Positions 40,330 through 53,441 of a DNA stretch of 64,000 bases are shown piece after piece. The translations under genes were made by a program, and so were the position numbers. The notes beneath the pieces are model-generated. The model made no database searches. It saw only the letters and a list, made by a program, of their open reading frames with translations, and was not told the origin of the DNA. Origin of the DNA: Octopus sinensis (Eukaryota); the NCBI RefSeq assembly GCF_006345805.1, contig NC_043008.1:74338001-74402000 (forward strand), in the 5' to 3' direction. Every line of letters starts with the position of its first letter. Position 1 is the stretch's first letter.

Positions 40330-42500
40330 ATGTTGCTTTTCTGAGTCTTGCGATAAAGAATATCTTCAATTCTGGGAGTCATTTATACTGAAATTCTAAA
40401 ATGAATGCAGTTCCGCAAATTCCTTTAACCAAATTAGATGGATAGAAATGAGAAATATATTGAATGTTTGACTGAAGTAAATATCGGTTTTGATATTGGA
40501 GATCCTGTTAGTAAATAAAGTATCTGTAACTGATTTTAATTAGATTACTTTGTGTATTGAATTCTATCATATATATATTATTGACAAAGTTTCGAACTCA
40601 TTAACTTGATCGAGAATGTAGATATACTGGATAAAGTACTACCCAAGTATTGTTTGCACCAAACCAATTGATATTTATGGATATCGTTGCCTTTTATTTC
40701 TCAATCTAGCGCTTTCATATAATTTCGACTACTATGTATATCATAACTAAACTAAGGTAAGTTGGGGCAACTATTGCTCCCATCACGATTCCAATGAATT
40801 TCATTCTTTCAATGGTTAATTTTTCCTTATTATTTTAGGTACTTCATATTCTCCTTATCCAATACATCTTTGATGAACGTAGTTTTCTTCACAATTTGAG
40901 GTAGCATCTCGTATCTTATCAAAATTAAAATTTTGAGAGAAGTCAGGATGAATTTTAGTTCTTTTGAGAGAATTCAAATCTGTTGTGTTGTCAGTTTTTG
41001 TTCAACAGAATGAATAATTTTGCCTCACATTTGGTTTTTATTCGACATATGCATCTCGTAGCACTAAATGTCCCGATTTTTATCGTTTTCATCAAGAAAA
41101 CATGCTCTAAAGTTCCGCTCGGCCGTATTTTTATTTCTGTAACTACTACTATTTAGTATGTTTCCATTCGGTATTCCATAATAATATTATTCAATGTTGG
41201 ATGCAGATTGAGGTTTTCTGTGTCTTAAATCGTCTTTTGGGTTATAGTTGCTATTCATTTGTTTAAACTGGATTCACTAGCTCTGAGAAAAATTCCGTCT
41301 TGGTGAAGAGGGGCTTTCGTTTCTTCACATGATATTGTTTCGTTGTCTGAATCTTACGCAATTAATTTCAGCATTTTGGTAGCCATGACGACTATAGGAT
41401 TGCCTGCCTGGTATTTGTTCTGTAATTTTCGCTTCGGTTTTGCAGGTTTTATTTTGTCAGTATTGCATGCCTTTTGAAATTAGTCTTCGTAACTACTGAA
41501 TCAGCGATCACTTGTTCGCATCTTTGAAGTGATATTATTTTCTTCCTCTTCGTATTCTAGTCTCCAAAGTATAAAGGCATTCTCACATAACGGTCCATCG
41601 TCAGTGTGTTATATTTCTTTCTTTTTTTAATTTATTTTCAAAATTTTCACTTCCAATTATTTATGAATTTCTCTAAATTTTTGTGAATATATCTCTGCCC
41701 TCATATACAATGAATTTATTTCTAATCTAAATTTATTTAATTCCATCTTTACCTCAAGTTTTCTTTGTCGCTCAGATACATTGGAATAATTCTAAACTGC
41801 AAATTTTTTTGGATTATTGATGTTCAGTTAATTCATTTTTCATATATTTCGGGTTTACTAGCCTTTCCAACATAGAATATTTGCTACAAAGATAACCCTA
41901 ACGACACTTCATTCAATATTTTGTCCTTTGAATATTGTCATCGTTGCTTTCTTGCCTCGGTCCAGTGCTTCGTTTCGATGTCTACAACATTACAGTCTCA
42001 TTTATTTTGGGCATAGATTTTATTTTTCAAATTTAACTAACGTTCACCAGTTGAAATCTACTTTCCAGCTTGTTGTTTCCTCTGACATTAATTTTCTTGT
42101 CATCAAATACTCTTGAGAGAATTGAGAATTATTGCTAATTTCTTTCACTTCTAACAGAATTTCTTCGTTCGTTGTCTTAACGTCTTGATTTGAATTGGGT
42201 GGCATTTTCCCTCGCTCACTCTCTTCTATTTTCTATATTTTTACTTGTCTGGGAGAAGACAGGTATTCCGACACAAGGAAAAATATAGAAAACACAATAC
42301 GATGAAGGCGTTTTTCAGTTCCCTTAATCTTGTATTTTCTTTCATTTCTTTTGGAGTCGTTTCCACAATTGCTGTAGTAATCATAGGGAGTACAAAGTAA
42401 ATGGGGATAATATCTCTCTTTTTTTAAAAGTAATTATCTTAGTGTCACTTCACTTTGTATATCAATTTCTGTTTAGATGCCGTTTGTTTTAGTTTTCTTT
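40330..42500 (-). mobile_element. Decayed Penelope-like element (N-terminal region and RT)
   Basis: Minus strand GIVMGAIVAPTYLSLVM near 40730-40800 (GxAMG..APTYAxL motif), with WQRY-, TDTLFT- and QYISHF-like pieces downstream. A long A-rich decayed ORF lies upstream. Confidence 0.6.
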
Positions 42501-42859
42501 CTTATCATGTATTTCTGTTATTTTCATTATTGGGTCTTTGTGCAATAGTGACATATCCTGATGAATGACTGTGCGCCTATATTTCGTGTGCTGTATGTTG
42601 AGATAGAAGTTAAAACATTGAATGTATCTGAAGTTTATCTTATTTTTCGCAATTGCTGAATATTTATTGCTTTGATGCGATAAATTTCTTTATTTGTTAA
42701 TGTTGCTGGGCACAGTTATCCGAATATTTTCTTAAATAACTGAAGAGGTGAAAAGCGTTTCTAAAATTGCGAAGATTCTTCTTGCCAAATTTTGATGTTA
42801 TATTTGATTTTGTAATTAAACTTTTCCACGTATTGAAATAATGTCTTTCTTCAGAGGAC

Positions 42860-43375
42860 ACGTCTCACATTTTGCAGCACTAATTCTCATCCCTGCCTTG
42901 GGATACTCGGCAGCAAACCCTTTCAGTGCATGCTGGAGATGATCATCTTCTGGTGGGCCAAGTAACAGCATGTCTTTTGCAAATATCAGCCGGCTGATTC
43001 TACACCCACCGATCGTAAAACCATTTCCCCGGCTGCATACGTCAAATTCACTTCATAAAAATTATGAAAAGGAGCGATGGCAATACGCATTCCTGCCGAA
43101 GCCCAGCAGCCATGTATAGGACATTCGTATAGGGACTTAATGGCAACCAAACGTCGCCCATTAATCCTAAACTCCTGCACCCCATCAGTATGTTCCATGG
43201 CACCTTGTCATATTCCTCTTTGAGGTTTATAAAGCACCACTTGGCAATATTCCCACTATTTCTCAGTACCTGCCACAAAGTGAATATCTGGTACGTCGTA
43301 CTGCGTCCAGGACGAAAGCTACACTTCTTCAACGAGCTTGTTCTCGATAATTTCTCTACATCTCTTTTCCAGACA
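42860..43375 (-). mobile_element. RTE LINE RT core fragment (inverted)
   Basis: CSFRPGRSTTYQIFTLWQVL, CFINLKEEYDKVP, GLRQECVLPSLLFIIFM, LQHALKGFAAE..KAGMRIS. Confidence 0.85.
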
Positions 43376-43399
43376 TCTAGCGTCGAAATTTAATAATTA

Positions 43400-43935
43400 A
43401 GCTGGCTAGATTGGATGCGTAAATTGCGGATGCTGGTCAGTAATGTGCCAGCTCTAATATTCTAGAAGAAATTGTGAAAGAAAAAAGAACCATATAAGTT
43501 GTCTTCAATTCGGTTTTCGTACTTATCCTCATAAATGGCTATGGCTGCTGGATAACGACTGAACGTGTGCGATCGCGAATACAAGCTGCAAAAATGTTTT
43601 TTTTACTCGACAGATTGCGTTACTTGGGGATGAGGGAATCTATCCAGGTCGAGCCGCTATTTCTCCGCATTAAGAGGTCATATATCTGGTACTTCGGATA
43701 TGTAATTAGAATGTCACAGAAAAGAAACGCTAGTCGGATTCTTCAACCTTAGTCAACAAGGAAAGAATCTAACAGTAGACCAAGAACGAGATGATTGGAT
43801 GATATCCATAGTCGCAGTTGGTCGCGTTTGAGAACCCTTGTCGGAAAGTGAAATGACGTTTGCTTCTGGCGAGACCCTATGACGAAGGTGCCACGATCCT
43901 CTCAGGAATAGTGAACGGAAAAGGTGGATGGATCG
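43400..43935 (+). mobile_element. RTE LINE C-terminal fragment (sense)
   Basis: VFNSVFVLILINGYGCWITTERVRSRIQAAKM, VEPLFLRIKRS..WYFGYVIRM, RPRTRWLD-like. It ends in a GGATGGAT tail. Confidence 0.85.
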
Positions 43936-44626
43936 TTTTGTATACTCTGCCAGTTGCAAAGAAGCATCGGTTTCAATATTGATGGTTTTGGTTTCCGATT
44001 AGAAAGTGCAACAAATTTTAATTGACCATATTGTGTGTTGGATATTATACTTTAATATATTATTTATATTCTCAAGCACCTTAAATTTAGCATTTGTTTT
44101 CCTGCTGTATTATATCAACGTTTCGCAGCCTGTATTATGCGCTGTACTCCTATGAAATGTGTGCTAAATCATCATAGAGTATACAAAAAAAAGAAAAAAA
44201 AACTGTTATCACATTTGAATATCAAAATCTTTATTTTGTAATAACTAGTGCATTTAAAAGTGAAGTTATCAGTGTAACTTATAATTCTTTATATTAACTT
44301 CAAGTTACTTTTGAGTATTAGTGAATAATTTTATTCGAGAAAGTTATTTTCATAAAATGCATGCTTTCCCACGTAGTTGCTGACCTGTATGCCACCTGGA
44401 CTTGCATGCAATTCAGGTTTGGAAACTTTGTAGGATATTTTGTATTAATACATACACAAACGCGTTCTCACCGTATATTTCCTAACGAGTCTCAGCGTAT
44501 ACTTTCCACTCAAAGTGCTGAACATATGTTCTCGTACAAAAATGCGTAATCCATGCATACGTACACACCTATCTATGTGAGATGTGTGTATATATACACA
44601 CGTACACAGATGCATACATACATGCA

Positions 44627-44718
<92 letters not shown>

Positions 44719-44740
44719 ATATATGTATATGTATCTATGC

Positions 44741-44797
<57 letters not shown>

Positions 44798-45613
44798 TAC
44801 ATATATATATATATATGCATATGTATATGTATATATACATGTACAAACATACATGCATATATATATATACACATATATACATACATTTACACAGACACTG
44901 AGACGCACAGACACAGACACGCACACACACGCGCACGCACACACATATATATTTATTCCATTGAGAAATATAATACATTCTTATTCTTTTCTTCAACGTC
45001 TGATCCAGTATCTTTGAAGTTATTGTCATACATGAAATCAAGGGAAGCAGAAAGTTCAGAATTAGCCGTCTAAATGTAGCTGCTTTAAAGTTACCTCTTC
45101 ATAAAATCACAAATCCCATAAGTAAAATATGGTCGATTGAAGTTGCTTCAAATTTTATAGAAAGTTCATGTACATTTTCGGATTTTCAATTCTGCTATTT
45201 ATTCCATATTTGATGCTAAGCACTATGTGACATGAGTGCCATTTCATATGATGGAATTAATGCAAAATATAGGAAAATTGAACGTGCATAGTGGCTTCAG
45301 TTTCACAATTCCAGCGCTTTCTATACTTACGTGCACAAGCAAGGAAGCACACTCGCACATCCACATATATGAATGTGTCTGTCTGTCTATTTCTGTGTCT
45401 GTGAGTATGTATACACACACACACACAAGAATATATTTGTGTGCGCGCGGGTGTATATGTTGGTATATATGTAAAAATGTGTACGTATATAAAGATATGT
45501 ATACATGCATGTATGATTATATATATGTAGATCGGTTAATATATGACAACAAACAAGTTATATAAGTTAATGGACAAAAGTATAGCATACAAAGCATTAT
45601 ATACTTGAAATAT

Positions 45614-45646
<33 letters not shown>

Positions 45647-46164
45647 CGTGTGTGTGTGTATTTTGATAGAAACGTGTAGGTACACTGGGTTACTCCTACT
45701 TACAAGGTTTGGGCGTTATATCAATTAGTACACTCAAAAGGAAAGCGACTTATAGATATCTACAGCTCTACCGTTAAGCGTATACAGGAAATTAGATTTA
45801 CTTCCGCGTAAAAATATACAAAATATGGTTGATAATTAATCAGGACCAAATGTTTGTATGGAATCATCACATGTCACATTCAATAAGTCAGTATCTTTGT
45901 GAATAATCCCACACAAATGTTACTACCGTCTTTCACCCCAGGAAGAGCCTCCTCCAGCTTGATATCGATGCAATCTGCACTCGAACGTCAAACGGCTACA
46001 TTGATGTGGCGATAAACATTTCTTCTCAGTATATTTACCACTTCCATCACTTATAGAGATTTTCTAACTAGCTACTTTGCTTGTTGCAAGTTCAGTGACT
46101 GATTGTCGCTTGATTTTTTTTATATATTTCGAGCTGGAGTTAATTCCTGTTATCTCTCGCCACC

Positions 46165-46222
46165 GAGTATTCACCACTGACGATGAGCACAAGTAGCTCG
46201 AAGCCGCTCGGTCAGGGTATTC
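46165..46222 (+). ncRNA. Hammerhead-like motif, probably inactivated
   Basis: CUGACGA u GAGC acaagua GCUC GAAG CCG cu CGG UC. Stems II and III are intact, A15.1 is changed to G, and proximal stem I is weak. Confidence 0.5.
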
Positions 46223-47024
46223 CGTCGTCAGCTAGAAGATGGTAGGGGTTCTCTCCCCAGCTTGCAATATATACCGGGTGCAGCTTGCATTTATAACCAA
46301 CTAGAGAAGACTCTTCCTAGGGTTAGAAATGGTAGTTACGCCGTACAGTCATAATGATGTGGCAATAAAAATTAATTTTACCACAGTCATCTGAGAATCA
46401 CATATACAAAAGTATCTCTGGACTTCTAGAAACTAGGCTGCCTCGCTATTTATGTGATCCTGAAATGATATAGGATTAGATGGTTCTCTTAGTTCATTAA
46501 ACCGTTTATAGGCATAAAATTAGCCGGAATTTTTTTTTTCACGCACAACATGGTCGCCAGGCATACAGTAGTCATATAGATTCAGTTCTATGGGAGAATG
46601 CGTTCGTTTTTCTCCTCTGATATTTGATGTCAAGTTCGTCATATATATATTTTATACTATAATCTTTAAGTACGACGTTATAGCTTGTTGTGCCAAAAAT
46701 GTGAGTTGTCTCTTCATTTCCATAGGCAAAGATTTCAACTCATATATATGTGTATATATATATATATATACATTGTATTAATATTATGTAGGTAGGTTAA
46801 AATCCAAGCTGCTTCCTCTTGATGCACATCTGCTTATTCCAGTCTCACAATCCAGTATGTAAGTGGTGTCCTTGTTGCAATGATATACGGTACATATTAG
46901 AGTTGACATCTCTGGAAATATTCTTTGCAGAATTATTATATAACAAAATAGTTGGACAATTTTGGGGCTTATTTATTCACCACATGTTTCATTTGCTAAT
47001 ACGAATTTAGATAAACATGAAAGA

Positions 47025-47185
47025 ATTTAGGAAGGACATCCAACTGTAGAAAGTATTCCAACGCAGACATAAGAGCATGATACCGACCTCATACTCGATG
47101 GCTCTTGTTAAGCAAGGAAATCCATGTCAGTATGGAATATGGACATTACTTAATGATAAAAATGCTGTCGATGATGATGATGAAG
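47025..47185 (+). mobile_element. SINE/RTE-type 3' tail fragment ending in (GAT)n
   Basis: AGGAAGGACATCCAACTGTAGAAA...CCATGTCAGTATGGAA..TGGACATT...GATGATGATG. Confidence 0.5.
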
Positions 47186-47980
47186 ATTGCAGTGGTGACG
47201 AGACTTATACATACGTACATATATAAATAAATATAAATATATATATAGGAAAAATAAATTCAAAAAAGAACAATTCAAACTTTTTGAGAGGTCCAAAAAG
47301 TGAGAAGGAATGATTTCTAATAAAGATTCATCATATTCATAAAAAAAAAAAACAGCCAGAGCAAGAAATAAGAATATGAAAACAGTTGTTGAAAAATATT
47401 GTAATAGGTATAAATATACCACAAACAATTATATAATTGGAAGAGAAAAAGATGTTGCATCAAAAGTAGATTTAATACAAATTTGGTTTCATTACGTACG
47501 CGCGTTTCAAAGGACAATACAAATATGTAAGAAAAAAATTATAATCATAGTAATTATGATTAAATTTATGCATTGTCATTCTCATCAGTGTGAAGTATTT
47601 TTGGAAGGACATCAAAAGAGGCTTAATAAAATAAAGTAAAGTAAAATAAGACAAAATAAGGAAGAATACAAAAAGATTATTAAGAATAGAAAAGCAAGTT
47701 GTAAAAGGGAAAAAAATAACAGTAATAATAACAGTGAGAGAGACGAAAGGGAAAAAAGATATATATATATATCAATGTGTATGCACGTCTATATGAGGAG
47801 TAAACTATAACATAAAAATAAGATTAAAAATCTAAACGGATACGTTTTTTAAAAAAGGTAACAGGTCGAGACGAAGTATAATGTAAACAGGGCCACGTGT
47901 TTATAGTACAATATAACGTAAACGGTGAATTAGCAGAAAAAAACATAGAGTTATACATATGCATATTAATATTGAAAAAC

Positions 47981-48044
<64 letters not shown>

Positions 48045-48077
48045 GTGTGTGTGTCTGTGTGTGTGTGTGTGTGTGCG

Positions 48078-48108
<31 letters not shown>

Positions 48109-48169
48109 CACGAGGCTAATAAGTGGTAGGCAAGGCTATGTTTGAAATAGTTATAATATTTAAGTAAAT

Positions 48170-48990
48170 ATGCACATACAACCAGAGAAAAAAAAAACAA
48201 TAGAAATTAACAAGGAAAAACATCGATCACTGACAGGACCGGCCGGTGTATTTAAGAGGGCTACCTTACTCAGAAACTAGCCCGGGGTAGGGGAGACAAT
48301 CAGATAAAAGTAGAGCAAAATCGAATATATGAAGGAGAAAATTATAAATTTTCAAGTGATAGAAAAAGCGTATACACTTATCACATAAGGATATACTGTC
48401 ATACACATATACTTAGATACACACATACACAGCACACACGTATACAAGCAACAAAACGTACATACATTCACGCATACGCATACAGGGGTGCAAGTGAGAG
48501 GGAAGCGTCAACAAGGAATATAAAGTACGTATTCACATAAACGTATATGAGTATATATTCATATAGACACATGCATACATTCATATATATACATATATAT
48601 ACATATACACACATACACGTATATATACATATATAAATACATATACACATACACACATATATACCTAAACACACCTACAAACACAAATATAAATCATAAA
48701 ACATGCACATTCAAGTAAATGCGCACACACATGTTAATTATCCCTACACAAAAACATGCATATACAAACAAAACAAGTACACATACATACATGCCTACAT
48801 ATACTCGTATATACACAATTAGACAAGGACATAAAATACATTCATACGCAAACACAAAAACATACAAGTATAGACATGCGTACATGCCCACATGCGAATA
48901 TATATATATATATACATATGTGCATATATATGCATACATATACAAACATACACATAACAATACACGCACATATATGTACATATGTGTATA

Positions 48991-49038
<48 letters not shown>

Positions 49039-49830
49039 CATACATACATACATACACAGACATACATATACTTACATATATAGGTACACATACATATGTA
49101 GACACACATACTTGTGCTGATACAAATGAGAACAAGTGCATAATACATTCCCACAAAAGCACACAATACATACATACATGCACACACAGAGAAAAAAACC
49201 TACATACACACAAACCCTAAGAGTGTAATAAGAACTAATACAAAAATGAAAAAGAGGTAATCAATAAGACTATTTGAGATTAATGAAAAGAAATTTGGAC
49301 ATATGTTTACAATAGAAAACTCTTTGATCTCTCGAATTTAAAGTAGAACCGCTCGTTTTCATAATTATATAAGATTCTTCAAGGCATAAAAAGGCACGTT
49401 CTATTTCTAATCCTATAAGAGGGGCAGAAAAAACAATATTCCAAGAAATTGAGAAATTTATTTTGTCTCTTTTGAAGTTCCTATACCTTTTTGGATAAAT
49501 TGGTACTACTTTCTTTCCGAAGATCATTAAAAGATGATTATTCAAACGTAATTTTAGAGGGGTCTGCGTGCAACCTATATAATGAAATCTAGAGAGATCA
49601 TGTGTTGCGATAGTAGCCTTATATACAACATTTTTCATTTTAAATTACCTTTAAGGTTTTAGGGTTTCTACAGTTACAATTGTTACTAATATTAAACGTA
49701 CTGTTATTATGTGTATGAGTGTTGATTGAGGAGGAGTTTGTGTGAGTATGGGAATCGTTGGTAGATTTGTGTGAGTATAATTTACTGTTCCATTATAGGT
49801 AGAATTAACAGAAAATGTACTCCATCCAAT
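48170..49830 (-). mobile_element. Penelope-like element with GIY-YIG endonuclease ORF remnant (49270-49638) and microsatellite-rich tail
   Basis: KNVVYKATI...HYIGCTQTPLKLRLNNH...INFSISWNIV...LCLEESYII...TLNSR...CKH..KF. Confidence 0.85.
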
Positions 49831-50394
49831 GAGAGGTAAATATCATTTAATATACAAAATTTACAAAAAATGCAATTTATATTTTCATGCTTCAGAGATG
49901 CAGTAATTTGACATATTTATGCAACAGGCAACGTGTCTCGAAGCATATTCCTTTTAGTTTCAAGAATTCCACTACACTACAAAATTTTTTATCAAATGCA
50001 AGCATATGGACAGCTTTCTCTGACTGAACTGGAAGACACAACGTAGCTATCTCAAAATTTGGTCTCCTCCCTGCTATATTATTCTACACCAACTAGGTTA
50101 ATTATGATTTCTACTGGCAAAGATATAAAGCACATAATTTTCTTTTCCTTTCTTTCTTCGCATTCCACTTTATGCATTAACCTTCTTGTATTTTTTCACT
50201 CATCTCTCTCATCTGATTTATTATAGAGCAGCGTCATAGTTTATAAATGCATCTAATGATATTCACTGGCCGTGAAAGATTGATTGCTTGGGGATAAATG
50301 GCCGGTATATTAATTAAATCTGCCAAATTACTGTATCACTACAGCATGGAACTATCAGTAGTTCTTTTCTAAATTGCACATTCTAAATTTTTAA

Positions 50395-50463
<69 letters not shown>

Positions 50464-50469
50464 TAAATT

Positions 50470-50638
50470 ATTGGCATTTCGACCGTCCTCACGTTCTGAG
50501 TTCAAATTCCACCGAAATTGACCTTAATTTCATCCTTTCGGGGTCGATAGTATAAGTACCAGTTGAGCCCTGGGTTCGATGTAATCGACTTACACCTTTT
50601 CCAGAACTTTTGGCCTTGTGCCAAAATTTAAAACCAAA
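50470..50638 (+). mobile_element. SINE family A copy (5'-truncated)
   Basis: ACGTTCTGAGTTCAAATTCC...TTTCATCCTTTCGGGGTCGATAGTATAAGTACCAG...GGCCTTGTGCCAAAATTTAAAACCAA. Confidence 0.85.
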
Positions 50639-50693
50639 ATTTTGAAAGGACGCAACATTATTACAAAATGAACAAATAACTAAGGACCATATT

Positions 50694-51305
50694 TCAACCG
50701 AAACATATAAATACCCCCTTAAACGTACTTGTCATTTCTAATGTGCGTATATAAATACATATATACATAATATATTTATACATATATATATGTACATATA
50801 TATAAACATATAGATATTTTTAGATATACACACACACAAACACAGAATATAAATCCTGGTCTAAAAACAATATTCTTGCTGATCCATTGCTCATATTCCC
50901 TTAATATATACACGTTCATTTTATAAACTTAATACAATGGTTTTTAACTTTTTATTTAACGAATATTTCTTGTTGCATTCAATAAACTTTAACTTACAAT
51001 TTCTCATCTGTTCTATTTCATTACATCTGATTATATATTATAATTTCTTAACCACTTCTTTAATGCTCTTGTTACCTTTCTTATTTCCTGCCATTTCAGT
51101 TCCTGCTTATTATTCAAAATCTATTTTATAGTAAGGCATATTACATATTGACGCAAAATCTAAAACAATACCAATTGTTTAAATCACCTAATTTAATCTT
51201 TATTCTCAACCGAAACATATAAATACCCCCTTAAACGTACTTGTCATTTCTAATGTGCGTATATACATACATATATTTATAATATATTTATAATAATACA
51301 TATAT
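50694..51305 (+). repeat. Near-identical direct repeat pair (50694-50790 and 51207-51305)
   Basis: TCAACCGAAACATATAAATACCCCCTTAAACGTACTTGTCATTTCTAATGTGCGTATATA occurs twice, about 510 bp apart. Confidence 0.9.
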
Positions 51306-51308
51306 ATA

Positions 51309-51642
51309 AAGGGTAAAGACCCCCCTCGGTCATGAATGACCATGGGATTGCACCTAGAAAGTTACCTTCCTAGATACAAGTCCGGGCAAGGTTGTTTATG
51401 GAAGGCCAGCAGTCGCCCATGCATACCAGCCTCCCCTCTCCACGCCACCAGTGTTATCCAAGGGAAAGACAAAGGTCGATACAGCTTGGCATCAGTGACG
51501 TCGCAACTCATTTCTACAGCTGAGTGAACTGGAGCAACGTGGAATAAAGTGCCTTGCTCGAGAACACAACACGCAGCCCGGTCCGGGATTCGAGCTCACA
51601 ACCTCACGATCGTAAGCTCGACGCTCTAACCACTGAGCCACA
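51309..51642 (-). mobile_element. Well-preserved tRNA-derived CORE-type SINE, family C
   Basis: Minus strand GTGGCTCAGTGGTTAGAGCG (A box), GAGCTCGAATCCC (B box with one change), CORE-like TCGAGCAAGGCACTTTATT...CTCAGCTGTAGAAATGAG, and tail GGGTCTTTACCCTTT. Confidence 0.85.
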
Positions 51643-51717
51643 TATATATAAACATATAGTTATTTATATATATACACACACACAAACACATATATATACA
51701 CATGCACACATACATAC

Positions 51718-51781
<64 letters not shown>

Positions 51782-51785
<4 letters not shown>

Positions 51786-52172
51786 GTAAATATATGTTAT
51801 TCGGTAGCCATGATAAAACTCCGAGTTTTATCATGGGCGGAAGCCCACGCTAGCATTTCTTCAGTTATCGGGCCATCAAAAATGTGCAGTCTTTGTGATA
51901 TGGGAAGATGGCTCACCTGGAAAAGCAGCTTAAACCCCGCCACATGTCTAAATTCAAGAACTGGACTTCTCGGATCATGTCCATATGTGGCCAAATATTT
52001 GTTACATTTTTGGTCCCCACGAGATTATAGATAGGAATTGCTAAAAGATAGCATGTTTTTTTCGATGGCTCGATAACCGAAGAGATACCGGCGTGGGTTT
52101 GCGCCCCGACATCCGAAACTCGGAGTTTTATCATGGCTACCGAATAATTGTCACATGTTATATTTACAGATA
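51782..52172. repeat. Fold-back module with a hammerhead-like motif in each inverted arm
   Basis: ATCTGTAAATATA..TTATTCGGTAGCCATGATAAAACTCCGAGTTT...CCCACGC...GTTATCG.GCCATC.AAAA is inverted at 52055-52172. Confidence 0.9.
52072..52132 (+). ncRNA. Type I hammerhead-like motif (U4C change)
   Basis: GAUAA CCGAAGA GAU..(24 nt)..AUC c GAAA CUC g GA GUU UUAUC. Stem I GAUAA/UUAUC. The inverted copy retains CUGAAGA. Confidence 0.6.
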
Positions 52173-52584
52173 AATTCCTCTATTTCCATAATATCAAGTT
52201 CTCTTTCATACTTTTGTTGTCTTGCCATTTCTATCAATATATATATATATATATAATTCAAAGACAGTTAGATGTTGTGAATCCAACCAACTAAGGGATA
52301 GTATCTATCCAATATACTGCTGGTAGAATACCTAATTAATACACAAGTGTTGGTTATTGTGTGGCAATTACCCTAATGATTATAATAATTAGGCGAGGGT
52401 AATAAGTGGTTTTTTCCCTTAATTTATATAGCAAGAAGAAAATAAAGGGAATCCAGAGGTAGTATTCATCATTTGTTAGACATTATATTATGTCTACTTA
52501 TTTATTTTAAAGTGTTCAGATAATATATGACTACATGTGTAAAGTATTAAAAATTTCTAGAATAGATAAATAAAGAAGAGAAGT

Positions 52585-52708
52585 TTCTTACGGCTGTTTC
52601 TGCCAAGATATAACAGGACCCCATATGTTATTTCCATCTTTTCAGTTTATTGTAAATCTGTAGATAAAATTAGGGTTCTTGGATATGCCTCTACACTTCG
52701 TCAGAGAG
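52585..52708 (-). ncRNA. Hammerhead-like motif with about 97-nt stem II region
   Basis: CUCU CUGACGA ... UCUUGGCA GAAA CAGCC GUA AGAA. Core nucleotides are intact. Confidence 0.55.
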
Positions 52709-53148
52709 CTCTTTTATATATACGAACCACTGCAGGAATGCACATTACCTAACGCATGAAATATGTGTGTGTATATATATGCGTATATATATGTATGTAT
52801 ATGTATATATGTATGTATCTATATTTGTATTATGTATGTATATGTATTTCTCCTTCTATGTGCATTCTCAGTTCTAAAAAACTGTACCCCTCCCAAACTC
52901 CATCATTTTCTTCGATTATACTGTTATTTCTCTTTCTCTTTTTATGCATGCTCTAATAAAAATATTGTACTGATAACCAATTCTGTTATATGTATACACA
53001 TACATATATACACATATGTCTGTATGTATATGTATGTATGGGTGTGTATGTATATATGTAAATGTATATATTTATTTATGTATATATATACATATATTTA
53101 TATATGCATAAATTAACCCTATAAACTTCTTGGACTATCTTATAAAAA

Positions 53149-53246
53149 CTCTCTGACGAAGCCTAGAGGCATACCCAAATATCCTAATTTTACAATACAC
53201 TGAAACGATGGAAATAACATATGGGGTACTGAAACAGCTGTAAAAC
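53149..53246 (+). ncRNA. Hammerhead-like motif, partner copy with partial stem II deletion
   Basis: CUCU CUGACGA AGCCUAGAG ... GAAA CAGCU GUA, with palindromic ACAGCUGU stem III. Confidence 0.5.
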
Positions 53247-53407
53247 AACCGCTCATCTTTCTCTATTTCTCTATTCTAGAAATTACTAATACTTTACACA
53301 TGTATTCATATATTATCTGAATTGTTTAGAATAAATAAATAGACATAATATAATGTCTAACAATTGATGAATACTACCTCTGGATTCCCTCCATTTTCTC
53401 CTTGCCT

Positions 53408-53441
<34 letters not shown>

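Larger units (their letters stand above)
52425..53412. repeat. Fold-back module: about 290-bp inverted arms (Penelope terminal-repeat-like) around a microsatellite spacer
   Basis: GGGAATCCAGAGGTAGTATTCATCA.TTGTTAGACATTATATTATGTCTA...TACATGTGTAAAGTATTA...CCCCATATGTTATTTCCATC...TATGCCTCTA..CTTCGTCAGAGAG is inverted at 53139-53412. Confidence 0.9.

Noticed and set aside
51565-51642. tRNA-like sequence on the minus strand
   Set aside because: It continues into a SINE core and tail and lacks a proper acceptor stem, so it is a SINE head.
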